DNA from: Candidatus Helarchaeota ASGARD archaeon Hel_GB_B
GTDB lineage: Archaea > Asgardarchaeota > Lokiarchaeia > Helarchaeales > HEL-GB-B
DNA length: 32,000 bases
Direction: 5' to 3'
Assembly (NCBI GenBank): GCA_005191425.1
Contig: SUPR01000010.1
Location: forward strand, 1 to 32,000
This document shows positions 1 to 10,145 of this stretch, in pieces. Positions within the stretch are counted from its first letter, which is position 1. Each line of letters starts with the position of its first letter. The position numbers and the translations under genes were made by a program. The notes under the pieces are model-generated. The model had not been told where the DNA came from. It searched no databases and worked only from the letters and a program-made list of their open reading frames with translations.

Positions 1-185
1 TTCTTTAATACATAATATTTTTTAAGATTCGTCCTAATAGAGTCTACTGATCTTTCTAATAATTTTTCGTCTAAATCCACCAAATTTACTTGATACCCAT
101 TCATCGAAATTATCTGAGCTATGCCAGAACCCATAGTCCCAGCACCAATTACACAGATATTTTTTATAACAGATATTTAAATCAC
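1..185 (-). CDS. 3-hydroxyacyl-CoA dehydrogenase family, N-terminal NAD-binding part (runs off the window start; start codon ambiguous)
   Basis: Not in the ORF track. Minus-strand translation IKNICVIGAGTMGSGIAQIISMNGYQVNLVDLDEKLLERS matches the GAGxMGxGIA Rossmann motif of this family. The in-frame GTG at 183-185 is followed by TAA at codon 3 (177-179), so either the start is non-canonical or the gene is disrupted. Confidence 0.75.
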
Positions 186-287
186 TTTTTTTTATAATAT
201 TATTTTCACTCTTTTTTAAAAATAATTTATTAAAAAAAGAATTTTAAGAAGATTGGTTAAATTAGATTTTTTCTAAATTTTTTCCTT

Positions 288-1217
288 TCAAAAATAATTT
301 TTAATAATATTTGTAACGGCCTCTGAAGAAGTAAGAATTGATCTCAATACAAATTTCCGGATTATTTTTTCGGAGGATTTTGAATATTTAATGAAATAAT
401 ATGGTTTGTTATTTAAAGATACGGATTCCATTAAAGCATATCCTTTTTCATTCCAATCTAAGATCATTCTATTCGGTGCGGCTTCATCGTTACTTTCAAT
501 AATATCGATAAATGAAAGAGCTAAATAACTATATATTGATTTAACTATATGATCAGACATCTCATCTTTGCTGTATTCACCAATGATAAACCCGTTTTTT
601 TCTATTAAAAGAATAGCATCGGCATAAACTTTATTCGCCATCTTTGAAAGTTCCATATTTAATTCTCTTGCTTTTCTTGAAATAGTGGCAAGCCCAATAG
701 AAAACGAATTTAAAAGTGATAGTTCATCGTATATTGAAGTTTTAAAGAATCTAACTTGAAAATTCTTCTTTATAGAATTGATTTTGTCTTTAATCTTTTC
801 AACTAGATCGTTTAATTGGCTGATTTCTTGGATCAAATCTTTTTTGTGGAGTAATACAACAATTAATGGATTTTGGTTGACTTTTTCAATTATTTGTAAT
901 ATCGAACTAAGATAATCAATGGCTTCGTCTATTCGCTCGTCACTTAAATCTATTACGAAAAATAATAAGTCTGTATCGTGAAAATCTCTCTCCCTCTGTA
1001 AATATTCATCACGAAATTTCTTCTGCCCACCCATATCCCATTGAGTTATTTGTGTGTCCATACTTAATTGAATTTCAACTCTTTCAATACCCTGTGTGGG
1101 CTTCAACTCATTTAGTCCATATTGCCTTGATTCTAAAAATTTGATTATTGTTGTTTTACCTGCATTATCTAATCCACTATACACAATCTTGATATTATTA
1201 AGCATTTTTTGTTCCAC
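288..1217 (-). CDS. Arf/Rag-like small GTPase with C-terminal roadblock/longin-like domain
   Basis: G1 GLDNAGKT, G2 PTQG, G3 WDMGGQ, G4 HKKD, G5-like KTSI. About 130 aa C-terminal alpha/beta extension (ADAILLIEKNGFIIGE). An alternative ATG start lies at 1205. Confidence 0.85.
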   Translation of the reverse strand: MEQKMLNNIKIVYSGLDNAGKTTIIKFLESRQYGLNELKPTQGIERVEIQLSMDTQITQWDMGGQKKFRDEYLQRERDFHDTDLLFFVIDLSDERIDEAIDYLSSILQIIEKVNQNPLIVVLLHKKDLIQEISQLNDLVEKIKDKINSIKKNFQVRFFKTSIYDELSLLNSFSIGLATISRKARELNMELSKMANKVYADAILLIEKNGFIIGEYSKDEMSDHIVKSIYSYLALSFIDIIESNDEAAPNRMILDWNEKGYALMESVSLNNKPYYFIKYSKSSEKIIRKFVLRSILTSSEAVTNIIKNYF

Positions 1218-1911
1218 TTCTTAAATCTATGAATTATATTGATTTAACTTAATAGATTCATTATTATGATTATTATTAAAATATTTATTGATAGTTATAA
1301 CATTAATTAAAAGGGGATCTATACATAATTGTCTATTAACCAAAACTATCATTAAATTAATTATTTAATTATATCTATAATATAAAAGATTATATGACTA
1401 GTTATTAAACAATTTTTATGATTAAAAATTCTCAAATTTAAATTAAATGTCCATTTTCTTTTTAGATTATGTTCCAAATCATTTTGAATTAAAATTATCA
1501 TTAATAAGAAAAATGTAAGCAAAAATATCTCATTTCACTAAACTTTTATTTGAAAATAAATAGAAATATTTAATTTTAACTTTAAATACACTCTTTATAT
1601 TTAAAAATTCACTTGAATTATTCAATATTTTGTAAAATTATTCTGAAAAACATTTATACAATCAATTGAACCGATTTCAATAACTTTAAATTTATACCCG
1701 TCAATAAATTGCTCTAAATTAACTACCCTAATATCTTGCTAAACTCAAAAAATCATGACTTGATTTTCATATTATAATTGGCATTAAATAAAGTAGTTTT
1801 TAGTTTGTAAAATATATTTCTTAGACCCTTAAAAAATATTGGGTGCAAAATTTGTATATTTATTTGCTCCACTGCCTATATTATGGATTCTAGTCTATAT
1901 TTCTCTAAAAT

Positions 1912-2286
1912 AAAACTATAAAAATTGTACTTACCATTAACCGCACACCAAAATGCTAATTCTGTAAGATTCCAACAGGCACCGGCGTATGCCCTTGAAA
2001 AGACCCCGAATAAAGTGAGGATACTGAAATCGTGAACGCTAACCCCCATAAATGCGTCAGACGCAATTCCCGCCTTAAAACTTACGGACTTGTGGCTATC
2101 TCTACGTCTATAAAAGACCTTGTTCCTACATATTACAAATACAAAAATTATTATAATATACCTCAATGCATTAAATATTACTCTCATAAAACCATTATCT
2201 CCAGAATCCTCGACTCATTCACTCAAAAAGAAAACATTAACCACATCGGAAAATTAATCGCTGGAATCTCAAAACCCAAAAAATAA
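1912..2286 (+). pseudogene. Possible decayed gene remnant with Cys-rich N-terminus
   Basis: Locally raised GC. The frame of ORF 2032-2286 extends upstream through stops at 1957, 1996 and 2011, reading TPKC*FCKIPTGTGVCP*KDPE*. No family recognised. Confidence 0.2.
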
Positions 2287-2957
2287 TTTTTCTTTTTATT
2301 TAAAATCTTTTTATTACATATCTCATCCCTTTATCGCTATACTTTATACCTTGTTTTAATTTACCATTTCTTTTATTAAATTTATTAATTGTCCTATTTA
2401 ATATTTCTATTAAAATCTCTATTTTCAACTTAAATCATAATATTTAACATTTAAATTATATTACACCCATTATATTTTATTTAAAATTCCCCACTTTTTC
2501 TATTTACTCTATAAATTTCTTTTTAATTACATCAAATAAATCAAATGCAAATTCATCGACTTTTGCCTGCATCCTTAAATATTCGGGTAAATTGAATTGG
2601 ACTTCTTTATATTTCGAGATACTATATTGGCTTTTTTCCATATTTTTTTATTTTTTTATGAAATACTTAAAAATCTTTCATTTATTATTGAAATTATTTC
2701 GAGATTTTTTTTCTATTTTCACTTAAACAGATTTTTTTCTTTTTTTAGCTTGTTTTTTATTTTTATTGGTCTATTCTTTCTTTACCACCGATTATATTTG
2801 ATTCTCCAATAATTTTCCTATAATTTTTATTATCCAACTCCCATATTCTTTGCAAAATAACAGCTATATTTATTTAAAATTTGAATTTTTTAGTTATATT
2901 TATAATGTTTGAACTTTAAATAATATATGTTAATAATTTGATTTTGTGTTTTAAAAA

Positions 2958-3782
2958 ATGGTGGATGATGTATTTAATAAGGAAATCGAATACCTTAAAA
3001 AGAAATATGGAAATTTTGTTAGTACCAGACACGCTGCACCTCCAGAATACCCTGAAATAAACGCACCACGCCTTGGTCGCCGAGAGAGCGAACCTCACTC
3101 CCTTGGCATCATGCGAATCTATGATATTTTGACCACTAATTTTCCTAATGATAGAGCTATGATGGACCTCCACCATTATTTTTTTGTAAAAGGTGATAAG
3201 GTCGATGTTCAATTTGATCTATCCTATTTCATAAATTTTAAACTAAGTTATACCTTATCCTCCTTCAATTCCTCTAAATTTGATAATAAAGTCCCATCAT
3301 TGGCTATTAATATTTTATCTAAAAGTACTTATCTAAAGGATCTTGGTTATACCAAGGATTTATGTCATGAATTGAAGATTCCGGTCTATATTATATTTAG
3401 TACTCATGATTTCTCTATTTCTATGTATAAGCCACCATTTTTAAGAGTTCATTTACTTGTTGACGATAAATATAATGAAATAACTATTAATGGTGAATTA
3501 TTCGATGACGACCATAATTTAATTGAAAACAATATCGTCAAAACGAGTCCATTGCTCCCATTTAACATCGGTTTGCTAAAATTATCTACATATCATGAGA
3601 GTGGGACTTCCAATTATACATTGGCATTGTTAGAGCCAAAGACAAATAAATTATATAAGACCAGGAGCGAATTAGCAGAGGAACGAGCTGAACAAGAACG
3701 ATTACGTGCCGAGCAAGAGAAAGAACGCGCTGATAAACTTGAAAAAATCGTTAAAGATTATAAAAAAAGATTAAATCTATAA
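2958..3782 (+). CDS. Uma2/PD-(D/E)xK restriction-endonuclease-like protein with C-terminal charged coiled-coil repeats
   Basis: Pattern QFDLSYF...PSLAINILSKSTYLKDLGYTKDLCHELKIPVYIIF resembles the Uma2 (DUF820) PxLvIEilSxST..D motif. The tail AEERAEQERLRAEQEKERADKL is typical of these proteins. The usual catalytic Glu appears as Asn (AINIL). Confidence 0.6.
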   Translation: MVDDVFNKEIEYLKKKYGNFVSTRHAAPPEYPEINAPRLGRRESEPHSLGIMRIYDILTTNFPNDRAMMDLHHYFFVKGDKVDVQFDLSYFINFKLSYTLSSFNSSKFDNKVPSLAINILSKSTYLKDLGYTKDLCHELKIPVYIIFSTHDFSISMYKPPFLRVHLLVDDKYNEITINGELFDDDHNLIENNIVKTSPLLPFNIGLLKLSTYHESGTSNYTLALLEPKTNKLYKTRSELAEERAEQERLRAEQEKERADKLEKIVKDYKKRLNL

Positions 3783-3988
3783 TTATTTACTATTTTCTAT
3801 CATTTAATTTTTTTCGACTTGAATATGCGTATTCTCTCATTTTTAACTTATTTACTTTTATGAATTAAACTACATTTATAATTTAAAAATCCGATTTTTT
3901 AAAATTCTTTATATAATGGCATAAATTCTTTTTTATCTTTAAATTTCCGCTCAAAAATAATAAAATTAAAACTAATTTTAACATGGTA

Positions 3989-4666
3989 TCATATTGGAAA
4001 AAACCATAATATACCAATTATAATTGCAAATATTCCGAAAATTATGCCCCAAAAATCAGTTAATGCGAAAATTGATAATAAGATAATAATACACCCGATT
4101 GAGATACTAATTGTTCCGATTATATTTGATTTACCATATAGAGGAGAAAAGTTAATTTCATTTATTTGAAATTTCTTAGAAATTTTCAAATTTTTCATCC
4201 AATTTTTATGAAATTTAGTGACAAATTTGTAATTAGGTATTTCATCGAATTCTGCAAATTGTGCCAAATGAACAGATGTAATTAAATAATCGTAATTTTC
4301 ATTTTGTAATAAAAGATGGTCAATATAAAAATAATTGAATAAATATCGGCTAAAAGCGGTCAATTTGCAGGAGCTGAGATTGATATTTTCTAGATCGAAC
4401 ATCTTAACTATTTTAAAATATAGTTTTTTTAAATATTTAGCGTTATTTAGGGGGAGATCAATAAATTCATTCTTATTTTTTAGTTTATTCAGTTCAAAAT
4501 CAATAATATATGAGCAAAGTTTAATATTATTAGAAACAGTCAAAAAGAAAGAACTTTTGGAATTAGCCAGTTTATTTTTATTATTTTTATATTTTTTACT
4601 CAACAGGAAGATTACGTTTTTCTTTTTTATTTCTAATGGTTCCGTTGAATTATTTTGTTGATTCAT
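3989..4666 (-). CDS. Hypothetical protein with two C-terminal transmembrane helices
   Basis: 225-aa ORF ending in IIGTISISIGCIIILLSIFAL and FWGIIFGIFAIIIGILWFFPI. No family recognised. Confidence 0.5.
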   Translation of the reverse strand: MNQQNNSTEPLEIKKKNVIFLLSKKYKNNKNKLANSKSSFFLTVSNNIKLCSYIIDFELNKLKNKNEFIDLPLNNAKYLKKLYFKIVKMFDLENINLSSCKLTAFSRYLFNYFYIDHLLLQNENYDYLITSVHLAQFAEFDEIPNYKFVTKFHKNWMKNLKISKKFQINEINFSPLYGKSNIIGTISISIGCIIILLSIFALTDFWGIIFGIFAIIIGILWFFPI

Positions 4667-4701
4667 TTTTTATTCGGTTTAATATTTATTTTAAAAACAA
4701 T

Positions 4702-6060
4702 TTAAAATTTTTTTACTAGTCGGTAAACGAATTCTGTAGCTAATAGTAAGTTTTTTTCGGATATTCGTTCATTTATACCGTGTGCTAATGTGAGTGCCTC
4801 TTGAATAGGCATTTCCGGGTCTTCTTGCATTGGACTAAATCCATATACTGGAATTCCAATGTATCTAAAATCTTTTGAATCGCTATTTCCGGGGACAAGT
4901 AAGGGGACTAATTTTGCGCCTGGATCAATTTCGTCCATTATTTCAGCAATTTTTTGATATAAGAAGTCTCCAGGAGGTGTTCTGGTACCTGGTTCGTCTA
5001 GTATTGGTTTAAAAATAATTTTTTCAAATAAATTAACTCCCAATGCTTTTTTTAAATGGAAATTTAAATATTTTCTATCTTGGCCAGGCAGAGTCCTAAT
5101 ATCTAAAACGAGGTCTGTTTTTTCGGGTATTATGTTTTCTTTAGAGCCGGCATTTAACATAGTAGGTGCAATAGTCATTCTAGTAATTGCTTTTATTATT
5201 GAAGCTAATTCAGGCATCCAATGCTTGAGTAAAAAAAGTGCGAGTCCAATAGTGTGTTTATTACCTAGTAGTTTTTTAGCAAACCAATTAAATTTTATAT
5301 TTTTAATTGTGTCCATAAAAGCAGGTGTAATTTTAGGCGGGACTTTATATTTTTGAATTTTCATGATTATTTCAGTTATTTTTAGAATAGAATTATCGCC
5401 CAAATCGGGTACTGATGCATGAGCTGGGATTCCTTTATAGGAAATTCTTGTCCAAAAAGTCCCTTTTTCTGCGTGTTGTATTAAATACTGAGGTTTTTTT
5501 CCAATAGGGAGTTTGACTCCAATTCCTTCGTTAAGAACAAAATCAGCTTTAATTTTTTCAGGATAATTTTTTAATAGCCACATTACACCAAATTTTCCGC
5601 CAAGTTCCTCGTCAGCTGTGGCTGCGAGAATGATATCGCCTTTTGGTTTAAATCCATCTCTTAGTGCTTGAATTAAGCCCATAGATTCTGAGATCGTAAT
5701 ATTGGCGCAGTCTATAGCACCCCGACCCCAAATGAATTTACCATCAAAATGGCCACTAAATGGCGGATATTTCCATTCATCCGGTCGAGCTGGGACGACG
5801 TCAAGGTGGCTTAATAATAATAGTGAAGGTGCATTTTCGCTGGTGCCGCGAATTTTAAGGATAAAATTTCCCCGGTTTTTATCAGATTCAATTATTTCGC
5901 TATTTATTCCTTCTTTATCAAATTTTTTTTGTAAAAAAAGAGCTTTATTTATTTCATTTCCTGGTGGATTTGTAGTATCAATCTTTAAAAACTCTTGAAA
6001 AAATTCCCGGGTTTCTCTTCCTACTTTACTATTTTTATTAAATGTAAAATCAGCGGTCAT
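4702..6060 (-). CDS. M20/M25/M40 family metallo-hydrolase (ArgE/DapE/aminoacylase-like)
   Basis: Motifs SHLDVVPA, GRGAIDC, DEELGG, NEG, AEKG, HAS, GSKENIIP and C-terminal AHGINERI. Confidence 0.9.
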   Translation of the reverse strand: MTADFTFNKNSKVGRETREFFQEFLKIDTTNPPGNEINKALFLQKKFDKEGINSEIIESDKNRGNFILKIRGTSENAPSLLLLSHLDVVPARPDEWKYPPFSGHFDGKFIWGRGAIDCANITISESMGLIQALRDGFKPKGDIILAATADEELGGKFGVMWLLKNYPEKIKADFVLNEGIGVKLPIGKKPQYLIQHAEKGTFWTRISYKGIPAHASVPDLGDNSILKITEIIMKIQKYKVPPKITPAFMDTIKNIKFNWFAKKLLGNKHTIGLALFLLKHWMPELASIIKAITRMTIAPTMLNAGSKENIIPEKTDLVLDIRTLPGQDRKYLNFHLKKALGVNLFEKIIFKPILDEPGTRTPPGDFLYQKIAEIMDEIDPGAKLVPLLVPGNSDSKDFRYIGIPVYGFSPMQEDPEMPIQEALTLAHGINERISEKNLLLATEFVYRLVKKF

Positions 6061-6217
6061 TTTAATTAACCACGTGTTTTTAATTGTCTTATTTATTACA
6101 AATGCAATATTAGGATGTCTATAAAATGTCTAAAAAAAAATATTATTTATTTAAATAAAAAACATTTTAATTATTTGAAATAATTGTGTATTAGATGAAT
6201 TAAAAGAGAAAAATGAT

Positions 6218-7621
6218 ATGATAGAAATTGAAAAATTAATACCAATTAATATAGGATTACTTGGGCATATTGACCACGGGAAAACAGCATTAGCAAGAGT
6301 ATTAAGTGAAATAATTTCAACGGCTGGATTAGATAAACATAGACAAGCTCAAGAGAGAGGGATTTCAATAGATATTGGTATAACGTCATTTATTTTGGAT
6401 AACAAATATTTAATAACGCTTGTTGATGCTCCAGGACATGCTGATTTAATTAGGAGTGTTGTTGCAGCTTCAAACATAATTGACGGTGCAATAGTCGTAA
6501 TTGCAGCTGATGAAGGACCTAAAATTCAAACAGGAGAGCACTTATTAATCCTTGAAAGTTTCAATGTAAAAAACATTGTCATTGCGTTAAATAAAATAGA
6601 TTTAGTTTCTGATTCAGTAGTTAGTTCTAGAATTAATGAAATTAAGAGAATTTTGAAAAATACAATATTTTCAAATGCACCGATCATTCCAATATCAGCA
6701 AAAACAAAGAAAGGTATAAATGAATTAAAAAAGGAACTATTAAACATAATAAAAGTACCTGAGCGGGATATATCAGGGAATTTTAAGATGCCAATAGACC
6801 ACGCATTTCAAATAAAAGGAGTTGGGACAATTATTACGGGTACAGTTCATAGGGGTATAATTAAGGTTGGTGATACTATTGAAATTATGCCAATAAAGAT
6901 TCAGAGAAAAATCAAATCAATTCAGATTTTTAAAAGGCCGGAAAATAAAGCTATTGCAGGGCAACGAGCCGGGCTTTCTATAATTAAGGCCCCCCCAAAA
7001 GAGATTTTTCGGGGGTATTATGCGAGTAGTCCAGGAAGTCTTACAATATCAGATAAAATTATAATAGAAGGAAAAATTAATAATTTATTTGAAAGGGGTT
7101 TAAAATCAAAATTACAAGTTCATTTAACAATAGGTATGCCAACAGTTTCAGGTATAATTTATCTATTCACTAAATATAATGATAAAAATATTTTAAAAGA
7201 AAAAGTATCTAAAGGTAATAAATTTCTGGCTTTTATAAAATTAAATGAGAAAATTACACTTGAAAAAGATATGCCCGTATTAATTTCAAGGCTTGATATT
7301 CCCCCAACTAAATTAAGGATAGTTGCAAGTGGAAAAGTACTGGAAATTTTGTCAGAAATACCCGAATTTTATAGATTTAAAATAAAAGAAGGTAAAGTTA
7401 GAAATATAGATAGAAAAGAGGGAGTTGTAATAGAGGGAATAAGTTCCAACGTAATTGGTGCACGAACATATATAAATAAAGTTGTAGAAACTGATAATGG
7501 CAAAAAAGGAAAAATAATTAATACATTTGGGTCAAAAGGTTCATTATTAGTTAAATTCGACAAAAAGCCAAATTTAGGTGAAAAAGTATTTTTAAAAAAC
7601 TTAAGGCGGATTAAAATTTGA
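6218..7621 (+). CDS. selB: Selenocysteine-specific translation elongation factor, archaeal type
   Basis: GLLGHIDHGKT, RGISIDIG, LVDAPGHADLI, GPKIQTGEHL, NKID, SAKT, MPIDHAFQIKGVGTIITGT, RLDIPPTKLRI. The short C-terminal domain IV (TFGSKG) resembles methanococcal SelB. Abuts SepSecS. Confidence 0.93.
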   Translation: MIEIEKLIPINIGLLGHIDHGKTALARVLSEIISTAGLDKHRQAQERGISIDIGITSFILDNKYLITLVDAPGHADLIRSVVAASNIIDGAIVVIAADEGPKIQTGEHLLILESFNVKNIVIALNKIDLVSDSVVSSRINEIKRILKNTIFSNAPIIPISAKTKKGINELKKELLNIIKVPERDISGNFKMPIDHAFQIKGVGTIITGTVHRGIIKVGDTIEIMPIKIQRKIKSIQIFKRPENKAIAGQRAGLSIIKAPPKEIFRGYYASSPGSLTISDKIIIEGKINNLFERGLKSKLQVHLTIGMPTVSGIIYLFTKYNDKNILKEKVSKGNKFLAFIKLNEKITLEKDMPVLISRLDIPPTKLRIVASGKVLEILSEIPEFYRFKIKEGKVRNIDRKEGVVIEGISSNVIGARTYINKVVETDNGKKGKIINTFGSKGSLLVKFDKKPNLGEKVFLKNLRRIKI

Positions 7622-8946
7622 TGAATATTGATAAACTTTTAAATAATTTTATACCAAAACACATGAAAGATAGAGGAATAAATGTTTTAAATGCGAATTT
7701 TTTTCCTATTAAAGATTTATTAGAGCATAGAGTAGTCCCAGAAAATAATTGGGATGAAGAAACAATAAAATTCTTTTTTAGAATTCTTTCTCAGATGGAC
7801 ACAGATAAGGACCTAAAAGGTGTTAGGGTTGGAGAAAGAGAGGCGAGGGTAGCTTCTAACTATGTGGGAAGTCTAGCTGCATTTTTTTGTCATGGTATTG
7901 GGCGAGGAGGAAGGATCATAGGTGCGCAGCCAAAAGCGCCGGGCGCCTCAATTCTTCAAAATATAGGAAATAGGTTGGCATTAGATTTTTTAAAGAAATT
8001 GGGAAACCCAGGTCTAAAAGGAGCTATTGTATTACCATTAGCAACTGGGATGTCAATTTCTTTGGCATTAGCCACAATTAGAGATGAAACAAAAAAAACA
8101 GAAATTATTTACCCGAGAGCTGATCATAGGTCGCCATTAAAAGCTATTGAATTTATTGGACTAAAACCAGTAATAATTGAAGGTATTATAAATGATCATG
8201 GTGGCGTGGAAATACCTATTGAAAATATTGAGAATGCTATTACGGATAAGACAGCGGCAATTCTCAGCACAACTTCATTTTTCCCACCACGTGAATGTGA
8301 TAATATAAAAGAAATAGCAAAAATAGCTAAAGCCAATAAAATTGGACACATAATTAATAATGCTTATGGCGCTCAAAATCAATTCTTTATGAAAAAGATC
8401 CAAGGTGCAATCGATGCTGGCAGAGTGGACGCAATAATACAAAGTACCGACAAGAACTTTTTAACACCAGTAGGTGGAGCAATAATCTCATCTCCAGATA
8501 AGGATTTTCTTGACAAAGTTACGGAGAAATATGCCGGTAGAGCATCTGCAGCCCCTATTATTCAATTTGTGGCTGCTGTCTTGAGTTTAGGGTTAAAAAG
8601 ATATTTTAATTTGCAAGAAGAACAAAAGAAGAATAGAATTCTATTGGAAAAAGAATTAAAAATAATAGCCGAAAAATACGGCGAACGCGTCTTGAAAATT
8701 GAAAATCCAATTAGTTGTGCCCTCACAATTAATACCAGAAATGCTAAAACATTTGGTGGAGTATTATATGAGTTAAGAATAACTGGGACAAGAGCAATAG
8801 AAAAAAATTCTAAATGGGGACCGAGTATAGATAATTATCCTGATAGTTATATGTCATTAAGTGCTGCAATAGGTGCTACAGAAGAAGATATACTTAAAGC
8901 ATTTGAACGAATTGATAAAGCATTTCAACAAACGAATAAAAAATAA
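7621..8946 (+). CDS. spcS: O-phosphoseryl-tRNA(Sec) selenium transferase (SepSecS)
   Basis: Motifs VGEREARV, HGIGRGG, QPKAPG, PLATGMS, TTSFFPPR, NNAYG, PLP-lysine motif QSTDKNFLTPVGG, YAGRAS. The ATG at 7621 overlaps the selB TGA. Confidence 0.95.
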   Translation: MNIDKLLNNFIPKHMKDRGINVLNANFFPIKDLLEHRVVPENNWDEETIKFFFRILSQMDTDKDLKGVRVGEREARVASNYVGSLAAFFCHGIGRGGRIIGAQPKAPGASILQNIGNRLALDFLKKLGNPGLKGAIVLPLATGMSISLALATIRDETKKTEIIYPRADHRSPLKAIEFIGLKPVIIEGIINDHGGVEIPIENIENAITDKTAAILSTTSFFPPRECDNIKEIAKIAKANKIGHIINNAYGAQNQFFMKKIQGAIDAGRVDAIIQSTDKNFLTPVGGAIISSPDKDFLDKVTEKYAGRASAAPIIQFVAAVLSLGLKRYFNLQEEQKKNRILLEKELKIIAEKYGERVLKIENPISCALTINTRNAKTFGGVLYELRITGTRAIEKNSKWGPSIDNYPDSYMSLSAAIGATEEDILKAFERIDKAFQQTNKK

Positions 8947-9000
8947 TTGGAAATTAATTGACTCAAATCATTTATTCAAATTAAATTTTATTGTTTAATT

Positions 9001-9984
9001 TTAAATTCCAACTATTTTATCATATTTAAAATCAAAAAGTATTTCTTTATTTCCTTCATACGATAAAATCAATTTTCCTTCTTCAGTTATTTCTCCACAT
9101 TCTTTAGCTATAACCCCTTTATTTCTGAAAATTTTAATGCACTGCTCCACATTTTCTTCTTTTGTAGTTGCAACTATACCAAATCCAGGATAAGCTTTTA
9201 CCCACCGCTCTATTTCAATGCCTTCTGGAATTGGTATGTCCTCAAGATTAATAATTGCACCCTTCTTTGAACTTTCTAATAACATACCCAGAGTCCCAAT
9301 ATTACCAGGATTTGAGATGTCTTTTGCTGCAGTTAATAACTTTTTTTCTGCAATTTCATTCATCGAACTACAAACATTTCGGACATATTCAGACGATTTG
9401 TGAGAAGTAGTGTCCCAAGCGTAAATAAATTTTTCATTAAAATTACCATCCAAGTCCACTGCAAAAATTATCTTATCACCTGGTTCTGCTGTGGACGAAT
9501 AAATTTCGCAACCTTTTTTGACCATTCCTAAAATTGCAACTGCAAGAGAATTTTTATCTTCATTTGGATGTAAATGCCCCCCGACCATAGGTATTTTATA
9601 TTTTTTACACCCTTCCATAATTCCTTTAATAATTTTATTGCCTATCTGATGTGAATTGATCCCTAAATTATTTACCATGACCAATGGAACTCCACCCTTA
9701 CAATAAATATCATTTGCATTGACCAAAACAGAAAAATATCCTGCTAACTCAGGGTCTGCATCTATTAATTTATACCAAATACCATCTAATGCCATTAAAA
9801 AATAATAATTATCTATATTAGGAATTTCAAAAATTGCTGAATCTTCCCCAAATGCTCCTAATATATTCGTTATACCCAAATTTAATGTTTTATTTAATGG
9901 TTTAATGATTGTCCCAACAAGGTTCTTTCTTTTAATTCCATCAAAATTCTTTATTTCATAGATTAATCCTTTTAAATTCACCAT
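9001..9984 (-). CDS. AIR-synthase-related (PurM/ThiL/HypE/SelD superfamily) protein, methanogenesis marker 2-like
   Basis: FGEDSAI, ALDGIW, AGYFSVLVNANDIYCKGG, PMVGGHLHP, AKDISNPGNIGTLGMLLE, YPGFG. Lacks the N-terminal Sec/Cys-x-x-Lys loop of SelD. Confidence 0.8.
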   Translation of the reverse strand: MVNLKGLIYEIKNFDGIKRKNLVGTIIKPLNKTLNLGITNILGAFGEDSAIFEIPNIDNYYFLMALDGIWYKLIDADPELAGYFSVLVNANDIYCKGGVPLVMVNNLGINSHQIGNKIIKGIMEGCKKYKIPMVGGHLHPNEDKNSLAVAILGMVKKGCEIYSSTAEPGDKIIFAVDLDGNFNEKFIYAWDTTSHKSSEYVRNVCSSMNEIAEKKLLTAAKDISNPGNIGTLGMLLESSKKGAIINLEDIPIPEGIEIERWVKAYPGFGIVATTKEENVEQCIKIFRNKGVIAKECGEITEEGKLILSYEGNKEILFDFKYDKIVGI

Positions 9985-10145
9985 TCATTCACTTTAGCTA
10001 TTAAATCATTCATTATAAAGAATTTATAAGATAAATTTTTAAATTATTAAAGGTAAAATCATTTATTTTTATATTTTTATCAATTGAAAATTAATTAACA
10101 AATTAATTAACAAAAATTTATAAAATTAAAATTAGTGAATAATAA

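Noticed and set aside
1876-2187. GC-richer block as a possible structured RNA, or the 103-aa minus-strand ORF
   Set aside because: No tRNA, SRP, RNase P or C/D features found and no recognisable protein motif; better read as a decayed plus-strand gene.
2504-2641. 45-aa minus-strand ORF (MEKSQYSISKYKEVQFNLPEYLRMQAKVDEFAFDLFDVIKKKFIE)
   Set aside because: Protein-like but short, with no motif or operon context; cannot be supported without homologues.
2597-2916. Phe-rich plus-strand ORF 2597-2812 and neighbouring fragments
   Set aside because: Artefact of T-rich sequence; the opposite strand looks like a broken gene remnant.
10089-10112. Tandem 12-mer AATTAATTAACA x2 between the marker-2-like gene and guaB
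   Set aside because: It could be an operator, but such repeats are expected by chance in a spacer this AT-rich.
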